From the NCBI GenBank assembly GCA_951406725.2, contig OX597817.1, positions 93,000,001 to 93,064,000 on the forward strand: DNA of 64,000 nt. The letters are read 5' to 3'. This stretch comes from Octopus vulgaris (lineage: Eukaryota). Under the pieces are notes generated by a model. That model saw nothing but the letters and a program-made list of their open reading frames with translations, did no database searches and was not told the origin of the DNA. Shown here in pieces: positions 12,601 to 25,339 of this stretch; the stretch's first letter is position 1, and each line of letters starts with the position of its first letter. Both the position numbers and the translations under genes were made by a program.

Positions 12601-14919
12601 TATTAAATAATTATCTAAGCATATGCATTGGTTACAATCATCATTAAATATTTGATTGCGCAAAAAACGCTTGCTTTTATATGTGCAGAAGCAATTATTT
12701 TTTGAACAGGTAACAACTCCATTAGACTTACATATGCATGTATTGCAGTCATCTTTAAACTGCATCCCATAATTGTATTCTCTATTTTTATAAAAGCATC
12801 TGCATGTATTCTGGGTACAACTTACGTTGTAGCCACCTAAACATACACATTGATTACATTCATCTTTAAAAGTTTGCCCAACATCATATGTTATTCCTTT
12901 GTATGTACATTGACAGTTGTCCCTTATACAATTGACATTACCGTTTGTTTTACAAGTACAAGTTTCACAGCCATCTTTGAACTGTGCACCGATTGCATAA
13001 ACCATATTTTTGTAAGTACATCGACATGGATTCTGCTCACATTTTACAGTTCCATCATATTTACATTCACATTCATTGCAATCGTCTTTAAATTTTTGTC
13101 CAATTTCGTATGTTTGTCCTTTGTATGTGCATTGACAGTTGTCCCTTATACAATTGACATTACCGTTTGTATTACAAGTACAATTTTGGCAGCCATCTTT
13201 GAACTGTGCACCGATTGCATAAACCATATTTTTGTAAGTACATCGACATGGATTCTGCTCACATTTTACAGTTCCATCATATTTACATTCACATTCATTA
13301 CAATCGTCTTTAAATTTTTGTCCAATTGCGTATGTTTGTCCTTTGTATGTGCATTGACAGTTGTCCCTTATACAATTGACATTACCGTTTGTATTACAAG
13401 TACAATTTTGGCAGCCATCTTTGAACTGTGCACCGATTGCATAACCATGTTTTTGTAAGTACATCGACATGGATTCTGCTCACATTTTACATTTCCATCA
13501 TATTTACATTCACATTCATTACAATCGTCTTTAAATTTTTGTCCAATTGCGTATGTTTGTCCTTTGTATGTGCATTGACAGTTGTCCTTATACAAATGAC
13601 ATTACCGTTTGTATTACAAGTACAATTTTGGCAGCCATCTTTGAACTGTGCACCGATGGCATAAACCATATTTTTGTAAGTACATCGACATGGATTCTGC
13701 TCACATTTTACATTTCCATCATATTTACATTCACATTCATTACAATCGTCTTTAAATTTTTGTCCAATTGCATGTTGTCCTTTGTATGTGCATTGACAGT
13801 TGTTCCTTATACAATTGACATTACCGTTTGTTTTACAAGTACAATTTTGGCAGCCATCTTTGAACTGTGCACCGATTGCATAAACCATATTTTTGTAAGT
13901 ACATCGACATGGATTCTGCTCACATTTTACAGTTCCATCATATTTACATTCACATTCATTACAATCGTCTTTAAATTTTTGTCCAATTGCGTATGTTTGT
14001 CCTTTGTATGTGCATTGACAGTTGTCCCTTATACAATTGACATTACCGTTTGTATTACAAGTACAATTTTGGCAGCCATCTTTGAACTGTGCTCCGATTG
14101 CATAAACCATATTTTTGTAAGTACATCGACATGGATTCTGCTCACATTTTACATTTCCATCATATTTACATTCACATTCATTACAATCGTCTTTAAATTT
14201 TTGTCCAATTGCGTATGTTTGTCCTTTGCATTGACAGACGCTGTCTTTACATTTAACTTGCCCGTCTTTTTGACAATAACAAGTACTACCATCTACTGTA
14301 AATCTGTCGCCTACATGAAATAGTTTTCCTTTGAAATGACATTTACAAGTTTTTTCAGTACACTTAATTGTTCCGTTATTTAGACATTTGCATGTGTTGC
14401 AGCCATCAATGAAATATTGTCCACTTTCATATCGTACATTATTGTAATAACATTCACACTTGTTGTTGTTACACTTCACTTTTCCTGTAGTTTGACAAAT
14501 ACAAGTCTTACAATCGGCTTTGAAAGTCTCTCCATATTTGTAGTCTTTACCATCATATTTGCATCGACAGGAGGTATTGATACACTCAGTGTACCCAGTA
14601 GAAAGACATTTACATTTATTACAGCCGTCCTGGAATTCATCGCCTTTTTGGTATTGCTTCCCTTTATATGTGCATGTTTTATTGCAGTCATTGCCGCTAC
14701 AAGCTATCTGGCCACTGGGTTTGCATGTACATGTTTTACACGATTGTTGGAATGTCTGTCCTGTCTTATAATGTTTACCTTCATAGATACAAGTAGATAC
14801 CTGCCTGTAATCACATTGTTTAGTCGTACACAGTGCTTGACCATTTTCTAAACATACACAAATATTGCATTCAATAAAGAATATTCCATCACGTTCTTGT
14901 CCATTATATATACATTTTC
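9670..14919 (-). CDS. Exon 2 of a secreted Cys-rich protein with 47 pacifastin/half-VWC-like modules (kielin/chordin-like by typical annotation)
   Basis: Acceptor TCTCTTTGCAG at 14920, phase 1 (G|GA = Gly), reading KCIYNGQERDGIFFIECNICVC... to CTRRTCYH-TAG at 9672-9670. Module pattern C-x16-C-x2-C-x-C-x7-C-x4-C, 37 aa. Two 1-nt deletions (~13586, ~13443) split it into three ORFs. Confidence 0.9.
10247..14230 (-). repeat. Coding tandem array with 111-bp, 222-bp and 888-bp periods
   Basis: Alternating A (KGQTYAIGQKFKDDCNECECKYDG) and B (KNMVYAIGAQFKDGCQNCTC) modules; the CDEF block is repeated at an 888-bp offset (11581 vs 12469). Confidence 0.95.
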
Positions 14920-15277
14920 CTGCAAAGAGAATACATATTTTAAAATTTCCTTAGAATAAATGGTAAAGCAAATTTTATTCATACAGTGTCGCTAAAATAA
15001 AGCGAAATAATGTTAATTTAATTAACACCAAGTAGTTCAGATTCCAGTAGGTAATAAATATTTTTCTTTTGCAAAACACATCTCCATCATTTTAGTACCT
15101 GATTATTATTTTAGGACTTAGCTGTAGCATCACGAACCTTTATCTCGAACAGGTTTCAGCAGTTTTATCTAGAGTGGTATGAATAAATATTAGAAAATAG
15201 GTATTTTAAATATTCCTTAAATTCAACAACATTCGAACTAATTCTTTGCGGAATATTTTAAAATTTACGAATTATAG

Positions 15278-15590
15278 TGAAGGCAGCACATGTCTGAGTG
15301 GTTAGGGTGCTGTGTTCTTGAGCAAAACACTTCATTTCACGTTGCTCTAGTACTGTGTGGGGACCGGTTTTTGTCAAAGAATAGACCCAACTTTTCCTCT
15401 GAGTGTCGTGAAAGGCAACTAAAAGAGGTAAAGATAGGATTTGCACACCGACCTCAGAAAACCGTCACCAGTAACTTCCTAAACAGACCCATGGGTTAGA
15501 GGATTGTCGCCTGAATGATGCAAAGGTATCATCCGCCAGGAGTAGAAAATCATCAACAAATGGTGAGTGCAGCGACACACTGTTACTGCG
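15278..15590 (+). mobile_element. Degenerate tRNA-derived SINE
   Basis: A-box-like TGTCTGAGTGGTTAGGG followed by TGTGTTCTTGAGCAAAACACTT SINE-body motif. Confidence 0.5.
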
Positions 15591-15960
15591 CATGCTCCCG
15601 CACTACTACTGCTGCTACATACGCATTATACCTGACGACATGTGTTGACTTTTTTTTCAGTATTCATATCCATTTTTATATAAATGCAATTTTTTGGGAT
15701 ACAAATATCTGTATTAAATTGCTGAAAATGCACCAGGATATCATGTAAAAATGTGTGCCAAAACCGCTATTGCAGAAATCATATATTCAAATATGTATTC
15801 CATTAATGTACGCAGATGTCATTATATGAAACACACTTGCAATCGAGATCTCTATTCATTAATGTTGTGGGAAAGTTGTTTAAATGGTGTTGAATAATTG
15901 GTTTGGTTGGTTCAGTCTGTGTATTATTTCAAGTTTTAGAGAAAACCATTTATCTATACA

Positions 15961-17000
15961 CTAGCATTAAAGACCCGTCGTTGCCGGGTCATAGTGCTAG
16001 TGCATGTATATATGGGTATATATATGTGTACATATTACTTGTACATCTATATATATACATCTACACATAAAATGCAAAATACAAAGTTATATCTTGATAT
16101 CGCTAGTGATAACAATACTCAAAATATATAACAGACTGGAATTGTTAGCCCGTCTCTTGCAATTTCGATCAATTGCATCTTGTCCTCCCTTTTGTATAGA
16201 AGTGTGGCTACAATCCAGCCTACCTCTACATCTGGGGGGTGGTATTTTAAATTTTTTTTCCGGACGTCCTACGTCCCAGATATAAAGGTAAAAATAAAAT
16301 ATTTCCACTTTGCAAGTTCGAGTCGACTACTCCCTTGCACGCTCCGTTGACTCGAACCTTGCTTCTATTGTGGCGAATTTACCGCCTCTGATTAGATATC
16401 TTTCATAGTAGCACCAAGACACTTTTCGAAGGTGCTTTCCTCCATGTGTTCAAATCTTCTTTTTTCTCTACATTGCATACTTTATAGACAATAGTCTTTT
16501 CTTTAATTTAATTTTTTATTATCCATCTGGACTATTCCATTTCTGCACGCTAATTTTATTTTTAATTTATTCCCATTCATGTGAAACCACTTATTCAAGT
16601 TCAAGTCATTGATGCAATTTTATACCAATTGCTATTGTTGCTTTTGTTATGTTACGAGTATATTATACTTTAGTTTGATCTTAATTATTACTTACTACAT
16701 ATAATTCAATTGTTGTTATTATTTTTATTGTTAAAGTGAAAGCATCTGAAATAAAATAGAGAAATATTTTTGTTTCACTTTTAACACGTAATACTGAAAT
16801 AGTGGAGAAGATATGATATTGCTATGGGCTCGCTCTAGGCAAGAAGTTGAACATTTTTTTGCCCATGAAACTACATGGACCCTAAGTAAGGCATTTGTAA
16901 AATTTGAATGAAATTGGTTGTGTAGTTCTCAAGTTTTAGGGAAACACACAGACAGACAGACACACACACACACACATTCTCAGTTTTATATATATAAAGA
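15961..17000 (-). mobile_element. Non-autonomous Helitron
   Basis: Minus strand reads A|TC...CTAG|T; GC hairpin GACCCG/CGGGTC (15972-15990) near the CTAG end; TCTTTATATATATAAAA start. Confidence 0.75.
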
Positions 17001-17890
17001 TAAACATTACGATGATGACAACAGTTACTTGCCTGAGGCCGGGTGTATCATTTATTATCAGTAGTGAGTTAGGTAAGTTGGCTAAGAATTCGGTAGCTAC
17101 TTATTCGTGTATCTGAGACGTGAGAATTATGAATGTCCAGTGTCAGTTCTTGGAGAAGTGAGAATATTGTGTTCATGGAAGATGAGTGATTCTTTTTAAC
17201 ATGAAGTCGAATATTCAACCAAGAATCCTGTGTTATCTGTCATTTCCGGGACTTCCTAACCTATGCACGCATTGTGTGCGCCTCATCCCTTCGCCCACGA
17301 AAGCTTGGCTCAAAACTCAAGTTACAGCCATGGCAGGAAACTATGGGATTTTCCATTGATCATACGATTGCAACTGAAATACTATTGGCCAGAATTCAGG
17401 ACAAGTTATACAATATACTGTAGCCTATTTCTCGTTACTGAGTTGGGGTACTTTCAAGTCTTAGCCCCGCTACACTATCTTCATAGTAATTATGAAAATA
17501 CTCTGACAGGATATCAATTAAGGTTAGTTCTGACTTTCACACAGAATATGAAAAAGAATGTATATCATTACAGAGAGTGCCATTTAAGGTTAGTATCTTT
17601 CATTTACTTAGAATAAAAAAGTGTATTAATAGAGAAACTGGTAACGTTATTTCAATTAATTTCCACATTTAATCGCACACTTGTGGGTTTTGAGTTTCTC
17701 AATGCATTGCATTATATTGCTAATGAAGATAAATATCCTGTGGATCTCCGGTAAAAAAAGGAAAATGTAATTAGATCAATGAAGGTGCTATCAGCAAAAA
17801 CCTGGATCGATACTTAATGGTGATTAATTCATATATCACTGAGTGAATTAACTCAATATATTCTGAATGTAAAAACATATTTTTCCCATA

Positions 17891-18126
17891 CAGTAATCAT
17901 TCGCCATATTGCAGTTCACCTATTGTGGTTCACCTATTGCAGTTTATTATTTAAGCTTATGTAGATACCTCCGTGGTGTTGTTTTGCATTTATAATAAAA
18001 TAAATATATACAAATTATTAAAATAATTAAAAACATATACAGTGCAGTACTGCTTATACTTCGCGGATTTTCACCTATCGCGGACGGTTTAGGAACGTAA
18101 CACCCGCGATAGTCGAGGGATTACTG
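17891..18126. mobile_element. pogo/Tigger-like MITE
   Basis: Imperfect TIRs CAGTAATC..TCG / CGAGGGATTACTG with TA on both sides. Confidence 0.75.
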
Positions 18127-19044
18127 TACTACTGTTAAGTAGTTTAAATATTTTCGTCTTACACAACTATGAGCACTGTCAGTTCTTAAAGCTGTTTACA
18201 ACTATTAATATATGAGGAGATCACGTTATGTTGGTTATCTCTACTTACTGAATACAAGGTGTCTCTTTAATATTGTACACAAAACTACATTGCTATTAAA
18301 TTAAATATGTTTCCATATACATTATTGATTCATGTGATTATGTTACTCAATTGAAGTGTGTTACATCTCTTCAAGAAATTTCGAATCTTAAAAAGCAAAT
18401 CGTTTAAACTTCGTTTAAAATTGTATCACATCTTAAAAAATAAAATAAACGTTGAGAATACGAAACAAATTAATTTATTGAGGAACTATAGTCCAGTGAA
18501 CCCAACAGTGTAAGTTTCAATGGACAGAAAATTAATGCAGATCACTTAAATTTGAGCAAACTTGTGACTCAAGAGTTACAAGAGTCAAAACAGAAAAAGA
18601 AAACATTGACATTGTATGAGAAATTCCTTTCAAACAATAGTAATTTCCTGAATAGATCTTGATATTTAGTGTGTATGTATGTGTGTGTGTGTGCGCGCGC
18701 GCGTGTGTGTGTGTGTTTGAAATTATAGTTTTTTAAAAAATTATAAGATACATTTAGGTTTCTGGATAATACTCAATTCAAAATTTCAGAATTCAAGAAA
18801 CTAAATGACTACAGTCATTATTGTGTGAGATTTGATACCAGCATTATATCAAAACTACTCAAGCAGGAACCATTTAAACAGTAACCATTTACTCATAAAC
18901 TATTTAAGCAGGGACCATTTAAGCAAGATTCTTATTTTGCCATTTCGGTGCGTCAATCCCAAATGATTTTACTCGTGTGAAGAGATTACTTCGGGTTTTA
19001 CCAATAACGTATCGTCAGTTTTGGTACATTAACAGAAATACTCT

Positions 19045-19235
19045 TTTATTCTTTGACTTGTTTCAATCATATGACTGCGGCTATGCTGGAGCACGGTCTT
19101 GAAAGGTTTTAGTCGAACAAATACTTCCCAGGGTTTATTTTTATAGCCTAGTACTTATTCTATCGGTCTTGCGCTGGACCGCTAAGTTACGGGGATGTAA
19201 ACACACCAACACCAATTCTCAAGCAGTGATGGGGA
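19045..19235 (-). mobile_element. tRNA-SINE 3' half
   Basis: Reverse complement of CCCGTAACTTAGCGG..GATAGAATAAGTACTAGGCT..GTGCTCCAGCATAGCCGCAGTC..TGAAACAAGT as in the copies at 24361 and 58009. Confidence 0.8.
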
Positions 19236-19289
19236 ACAATTACAGATACAAATACACCATAGATATATACACACACATACATACGACAC

Positions 19290-19435
<146 letters not shown>

Positions 19436-20176
19436 CTAGCTTAAGGTGACCCGCTCTACGCGCGAGTGAGGTTGTGGTTGTTACTTTCTGTTGCTTCCTT
19501 TCTGTTTCTTACCGCCACATTCTCCCTCTTTGTTTCTCTATCCTTTCTCATTTTCCCACTCTCTTACTCTTCCTTTCTCTCGGACTTTCCCTCGCTTTCT
19601 CTTACTCTTTATCTTTCTCTATCTATTTCTCTGCCATTTATAAAAAAAAATTAGATTTCCGCGTTTAAATTACAAATCCGCTTCCACTTTACCATGTTGA
19701 AACTTTGATTGAAATCAGGCAAAAGGTGTCCGATGTAGACCACCAAGTGTCCCCCAAAATCAATAAAATCCCAGTTTTCACACTTAAGCAACCACTGTAG
19801 CGCCACAAAACGTCTCCCAATCAGTTTCCTCCCTCGAGTTACCCCCTCCTGTAAACTTGAATTCCCTTCCAGCCCCATTTAGACCCGTTTTTACATAAAA
19901 ATCCAATTTGTGTCTACGTTCGCCTTCTTCATTTTATAGATAAGATTAGATGCCAATCGCGCCAATCTGGAGGGGCTTAGAGCCCCCTTGAATTTTCTCA
20001 CCATAGGAACCGCATCTTTCCAGATGGTGAGTTTTAACCTACTCAACTCTGCCTCATCACGCCTTCTATGTCTGTGTCAATTTTCAGCTCGATCTGACCA
20101 CTGGTGTGGTCGCCAACTTCTGACGTAGCAAACCGTGCACACAATTTTGACCCAAAGCCTCTTTTATATATATAGA
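19436..20176 (-). mobile_element. Non-autonomous Helitron
   Basis: CTAG at 19436-19439 with nearby GC-rich imperfect hairpin; TCTATATATATAAAA start at 20176. Confidence 0.65.
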
Positions 20177-20820
20177 TAGCAGAGAAACCCGGTCTTGCTC
20201 GGCATTAAAATAGTTTATCATTGTGTTATTTGTTTCGGTATTATAACTCGATTTCATTCGGGTCTACGCGGGCAACACTTTAAAGATGAGGAATTTTGCC
20301 CTAGAGGCTACACCTTTCAATTGAGCATACTCAAAGTTGCCATGTAAACTTGCCAGGACTTTTAACATAGACGTACAGATTTTCAACTGAATCCTACCAT
20401 ATTTACTAACATTTTTACCTGTATAACTGCTTGTGAGACAACGTCTGCCCTTTTCACAAGTATGTAGTAGACTTAGAGATACCCGACCTTACTTGGGATT
20501 AAAATGGCATAGTTTTTCATTGTTTTACTTGTTTGGTTAATATAAGACAATTTCATTCGGGTGTAATCGGGCCACATTTTATAAGATGAAGAATTTTGTC
20601 CTAGAGGTCACGCCATTCATTTGAAGAAAAAAATAGTTGCCATGCAAACTCGCCAGCACTTTTAACATAGGTGTGCATATTTTCAGCTCAACCGCCCACA
20701 TAATGCACACATAATATATATATGTATGTATATATATATATACACGCATTAAATATATATATGTACATATATACGCATTATATATGTGTGTGTGTACGCA
20801 TTATATATACAAATGTATAC

Positions 20821-20858
<38 letters not shown>

Positions 20859-21400
20859 CAGATATATACACTTCGTATATATACATTATATATACATATT
20901 TATATATAGATACAGACAGACACACACACACACATATAAATTAACCCAATAAATATCTGATCCATAATATTCTTTCTCATGATTGTGTGGTTGTTGTGGC
21001 GATAATAAAACTCTCTACTATGAATGCAGACGGACGTACAGAGAGAGAGGGGGTGGTAGGGAAAGAGGGACAGCGCTGGCGAAGGTGGCGGGGAAAGATA
21101 GTAGTAGCTGTCAAACGTTGTTATAGAGAGAAATTGATGGGAAGGTAGGAAACAGAGAGAGACAGAGGAAGACAGGTAGATAAGAGAATGAGAGAAGACT
21201 TGTCAAAGTATGCGTTTTTTGCCCTAGTAACCACACCTTTTCAGATAGGGATTTCTAATCTAGCCCACTCACATCCTCATCTCATTTTACATGTCCCTGT
21301 AAATTTTGGAGTCAATCCGATGGGATCTAGTGGCCTTTAACCCGTTCTAATGCCAAAACCAGACAAACAAACAAACTTTCTCATTTCAGATTTATAGATA
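20177..21400 (-). mobile_element. Degenerate Helitron-like element with internal ~290-bp duplication
   Basis: TAG..ACCCGG..CGG end; 20180-20410 resembles 20475-20700; ACAA repeats and TTTATAGAT at the other end. Confidence 0.5.
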
Positions 21401-21404
21401 TTGA

Positions 21405-21452
<48 letters not shown>

Positions 21453-21536
21453 AGCGTCGTATTTGTATCAGTTGCTATTTTCCAGTAAATACTGGTGCCT
21501 TGTTGTACTACTCATCTGTATTTATATGTATGCATG

Positions 21537-21576
<40 letters not shown>

Positions 21577-21577
21577 C

Positions 21578-21741
21578 ACGACGAGCTTCTTTCAGTTTCC
21601 CTCTACCAAATCCACTCGCAAGGCTATGGTTTTACCCGAGGCTACAGTAGAAGACACTTGCGCAAAGTACCACGTAGTGGGACTGAACTCAGAACCATGT
21701 GGTTGGGAAGCAAGCCTCCTATCACACAGCTACGCCTGCGC
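21578..21741 (-). mobile_element. tRNA-SINE 5' half
   Basis: Reverse complement GCGCAGGCGTAGCTGTGTG..GCTTGCTTCCCAACCACATGGTTCTGAGTTCAGTCCCACT (A/B boxes). Confidence 0.85.
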
Positions 21742-23453
21742 ATATAAGCCACGTCTACGTCTAGAATTGGAATATATATAATGGAAAGTCTTTTATATGC
21801 TAGGTATTTTCGATACGATAAAACAAATTTGGCACCGAGCATAGGCAGTCATGATTTTCTACTCAATCTACTCATTCCATCTGGGTTTTCAATCCACCTT
21901 AAATTTAGATTTTCGTCGTTTCTCAATTTATCATAAGAAGAGTTTTCAACATTCATGCCTTTCTCAAGAAGCAGCGTGAAATGATCTGCATTTGATGGAG
22001 AATCTAAAATAAATCGTGGAGGCGCTTATCGATATTCCACGTGTCAAATCAGTTTACTATTCAGTATTAATGGCGGTTATAGTGTAGTAAGGTGAAGTAT
22101 TCCGCGTTGCAGTTTCGATTTTGGATGGAACCAGTTCATTTAACTTATGCCACTAATAAATGGCCATTTATACCAGCTCAAAAGAAACCAATTGATGTTC
22201 AATCAGTTCACTTAATTACTGGTACTTACTTTATCAACCTCCAGTAGGAAGAAAAGTAAATTCGACATTTGAAATTAGAAAAATGAGTCGAAATATTCGA
22301 AATATTTAGATGTTAAAAAATATTGTCATGGCAGACTTTGCTTTTAATTTGTTCGTAGATCGATAAAATAAGAACCTATCGATTGAAATGACTAGCAATT
22401 TGTTCAATAATATATAGCTTTGAGCGAAAAATAGAATTTTTTAATGTTTTAATTAAAATAAAAAGGAGTTGACTACAGTGTATGTACCTCGCCCATTCTC
22501 CGTACCACAAATCATTAAGAATGTATATATTCATTTATTCAGAATATGTATTAATTATGTCGTATATGTACACATTGTTTGATGTAAATAGGGAAGCTAG
22601 TCGATTCTCGATGGATAAGTATTGAAGTCAATACTTTATAGCTTTATTCGCATTAAAGTGTAGTCGCAATATCGGGTCAACTCGGGAATAATATTTAGTA
22701 ACATCATTCAGTGTACACATATACTATTCTCCACAGCCTTTAAGAATTCTTCATGGTGACCAAAACTACTTGTCAAAGACTAAATATTTCCTCTCTTTTA
22801 CGCACTGATTAGTTGTTGAACTTGTACAAAACTCATGTAACATCTATATTGAGTATTGCTCATGTATTTAGGATGGTGCACCTTCCGCATAGAGAAACAT
22901 TTGTTATCAAAATAGTCATCCAGCTGAATGTCAGCTATTAACACAGCTATTAGTGCACTGATGCGCTGCATCTTCTCAATTTCTTTTCCATCATACTACA
23001 ACAGTTTATACCGTACTCAAACTTCAAGCTTACTAAAGTCTTAAATTCACTTGTTTTACCTACTCTTACCCCTATTATATATCACCTGCTAATCGCACAA
23101 CTAAACAGTTCTTCTCGCCCTACTATCTCAGAACACCCATTATAACCACATCCCTTCTACACAACATTTTTCATGAGACATCAACCGACAGAAAATCATG
23201 CTGAATATCAACCATTGTCCTTACCGGTCTAACGCGATCTACAGAGGATTTAAGTACTGCATCGCCACCTGGCGAGCGAGATAGACAGACAGTAACACAT
23301 ACAGACAAGCATGTTTATAATATTATCTCAGAAAACAATCCTTTAGAGGTATAATAGAAAAAGGGGTAAAGCTATGAATATCAAAATTAACCGACTTCCC
23401 TTACAAAATGTCAAAATTTATATAAATTAGAAGATTCAGTATAACAAACTTAC

Positions 23454-23511
23454 CTTTCCAGCAGCTAACAGAGGAAATAGCTACTAAAATTAGTAGCAAG
23501 AAACGAAACAT
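23454..23511 (-). CDS. Exon 1 (signal peptide) of the Cys-rich gene: MFRFLLLILVAISSVSCWK-G
   Basis: ATG at 23511, 58 nt, basic N-region plus hydrophobic core ending V-S-C; consensus donor AAG|GTAAGT at 23453; phase 1 matches the exon 2 acceptor. Confidence 0.85.
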
Positions 23512-23578
23512 AGTTGCTTTCTCTGAGTGAAAGTTAAAGGCGCAGTGATGTCTTCTAATCCAGATAAGCAGATTGAAG

Positions 23579-23587
23579 CTTTATATA
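23579..23587 (-). promoter_or_regulatory. TATA box of the Cys-rich gene
   Basis: TATATAAAG about 70 nt upstream of the ATG, implying a TSS near 23556. Confidence 0.6.
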
Positions 23588-24094
23588 ATAACCGGCTAAA
23601 ATAGTTTACATACCATCCCCTTCCCAGCGAAAGATATAAAAAGGAAGAAAAAACAAGAAATATTTAAATTATTCAGTTATCTAGAGTAGTACAAAAGTAC
23701 GTTGAAAACTTTTCACACCAAACTTCCTTTCTCCCCAGAAAATGAGGGAAGTTATCACGTGTCAGGGTAGACATCGAGACATAACTGATTTTTTTTTATT
23801 TCTTTAAAATTATTGTTAATGTATTATTTAAATGTTTTATTTGTGTGAAAAAAAAACAAGAGAAGAATCAGTCAAAGAAGATGCTAATAAAAAGCAGCAA
23901 TAAAAAAAAACACTCATTGTTTATGTTGTTGACATTCTCTTTTCATTATTGGGAATAGAATTGTGTGCTAGTTCGCGCATAACAGAAAACTCATGAATAT
24001 CCTTAAAACAGGCCATAAGTCAGATGTAAACTGCTTAACTTCTCAATTATGTAATTGATGGCCATGATGTAGTAGTAGTAGTAGTAGTAGCAGC

Positions 24095-24147
<53 letters not shown>

Positions 24148-24360
24148 GTGTTGTTGTTGTTATAAAGAATGTTCAGAACAAGTGCAAAATGTGAAGAATG
24201 GTGTAAGTCTGTATGAACTGACATTATAAAACATTATAAAACATGAACGGTTGGAAAATACCAGGAAGCGATGAAGTCCCAAATGCCAGTGATAGCAAAA
24301 TTTCCCTGAAACAGCACACCTATGGCAATGATTAAAATAGTCACGGAAAATATTTAAACA

Positions 24361-24729
24361 GGCGCAGGCGTGGTTGTGTGGTAAGAAGCTTGCTTCCCAA
24401 CCACATGGTTTTGGGTTCAGTCCTACTGCGTGGCATCTTGGACAAGTGTCTTCTACTAGCCTCGGGCTGACCAAAGCCTTGTGAGTGGATTTTGTAGACG
24501 GAAACTAAAAGCCCGCCGTGTATATATTTGTATACATCTATATGTGTGTGTGTGTGTGTGTCTGTGAGTTTGTATTTGTCCTCATCACCGCTTGACAACC
24601 ACTGTTGTTGTGTTTACGTTCCCGTAACCTAGCGTTTCGACAAAAGAACCGATAGAATAAGTACTATGCTTAAAAAATAAATCTTGGGTTTGATTTGTTC
24701 GGCCAAAATCCTTCAAGGCGGTGCTCCAA
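24361..24729 (+). mobile_element. tRNA-derived SINE, near full length
   Basis: GGCGCAGGCGTGGTTGTGTGGTAAG (A box), GGTTCAGTCC (B box), internal (TG)n, ends at GGCGGTGCTCCA. Confidence 0.9.
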
Positions 24730-25339
24730 GAAGAATATAGCACTGATATGCATTACATACAAATTATGCAAAGTACCCAATGACTTATTGATATATACAC
24801 AACAGAGGTAAACAGCCACAACAAGGTATTACGCAAATATTGCACAGAGTACTCAGAACTCACAACTATACACAACACACAGAGTATGACATTCCTTGGT
24901 ACCGCAGATATATTCCATAAATAACTTCCAATGCAATAGAAAACATAAAGCCAAAACTAAACACTGCCATATCCATGACACACATGGATGGCTTATTGCA
25001 TGGCATCTTGGGTGAGTATCTTGTGAGTGAAGCTGGATAGACAGAAATTGTGTGGGTGCTTATCAGATGGATTCTAATGATAATTCAAAAGTACAGCCTT
25101 CTCATATACTCTGTCACGCTGATTCTTCCAGAGAACTACAATCAGAGTACACATGTCTGTGGAATATATCTATGGGTGTGTGTGTGTCTATATTTGTCCA
25201 CCCCACCCCCCTTCACTGCTTGACAAACAGTGTTGGCGTGCTTACCCACAAACTCAGTGACCAGGTAATTCAATAAATCGAATGCCTGAATACTCACCGC
25301 CAAAATAGTTGTGCAGTAAAAGTACTTAATGACAGAAAA

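Noticed and set aside
10247-14230. Regular repeats as a CRISPR-like array
   Set aside because: Contiguous in-frame coding repeats, no unique spacers, eukaryotic context.
10102-14851. Long hydrophobic + strand ORFs (up to 258 aa) resembling membrane proteins
   Set aside because: Antisense shadows of the repetitive Cys-rich exon; they inherit its periodicity.
24361-24435. tRNA gene
   Set aside because: tRNA-like A/B boxes are the head of a multi-copy SINE, without a proper cloverleaf.
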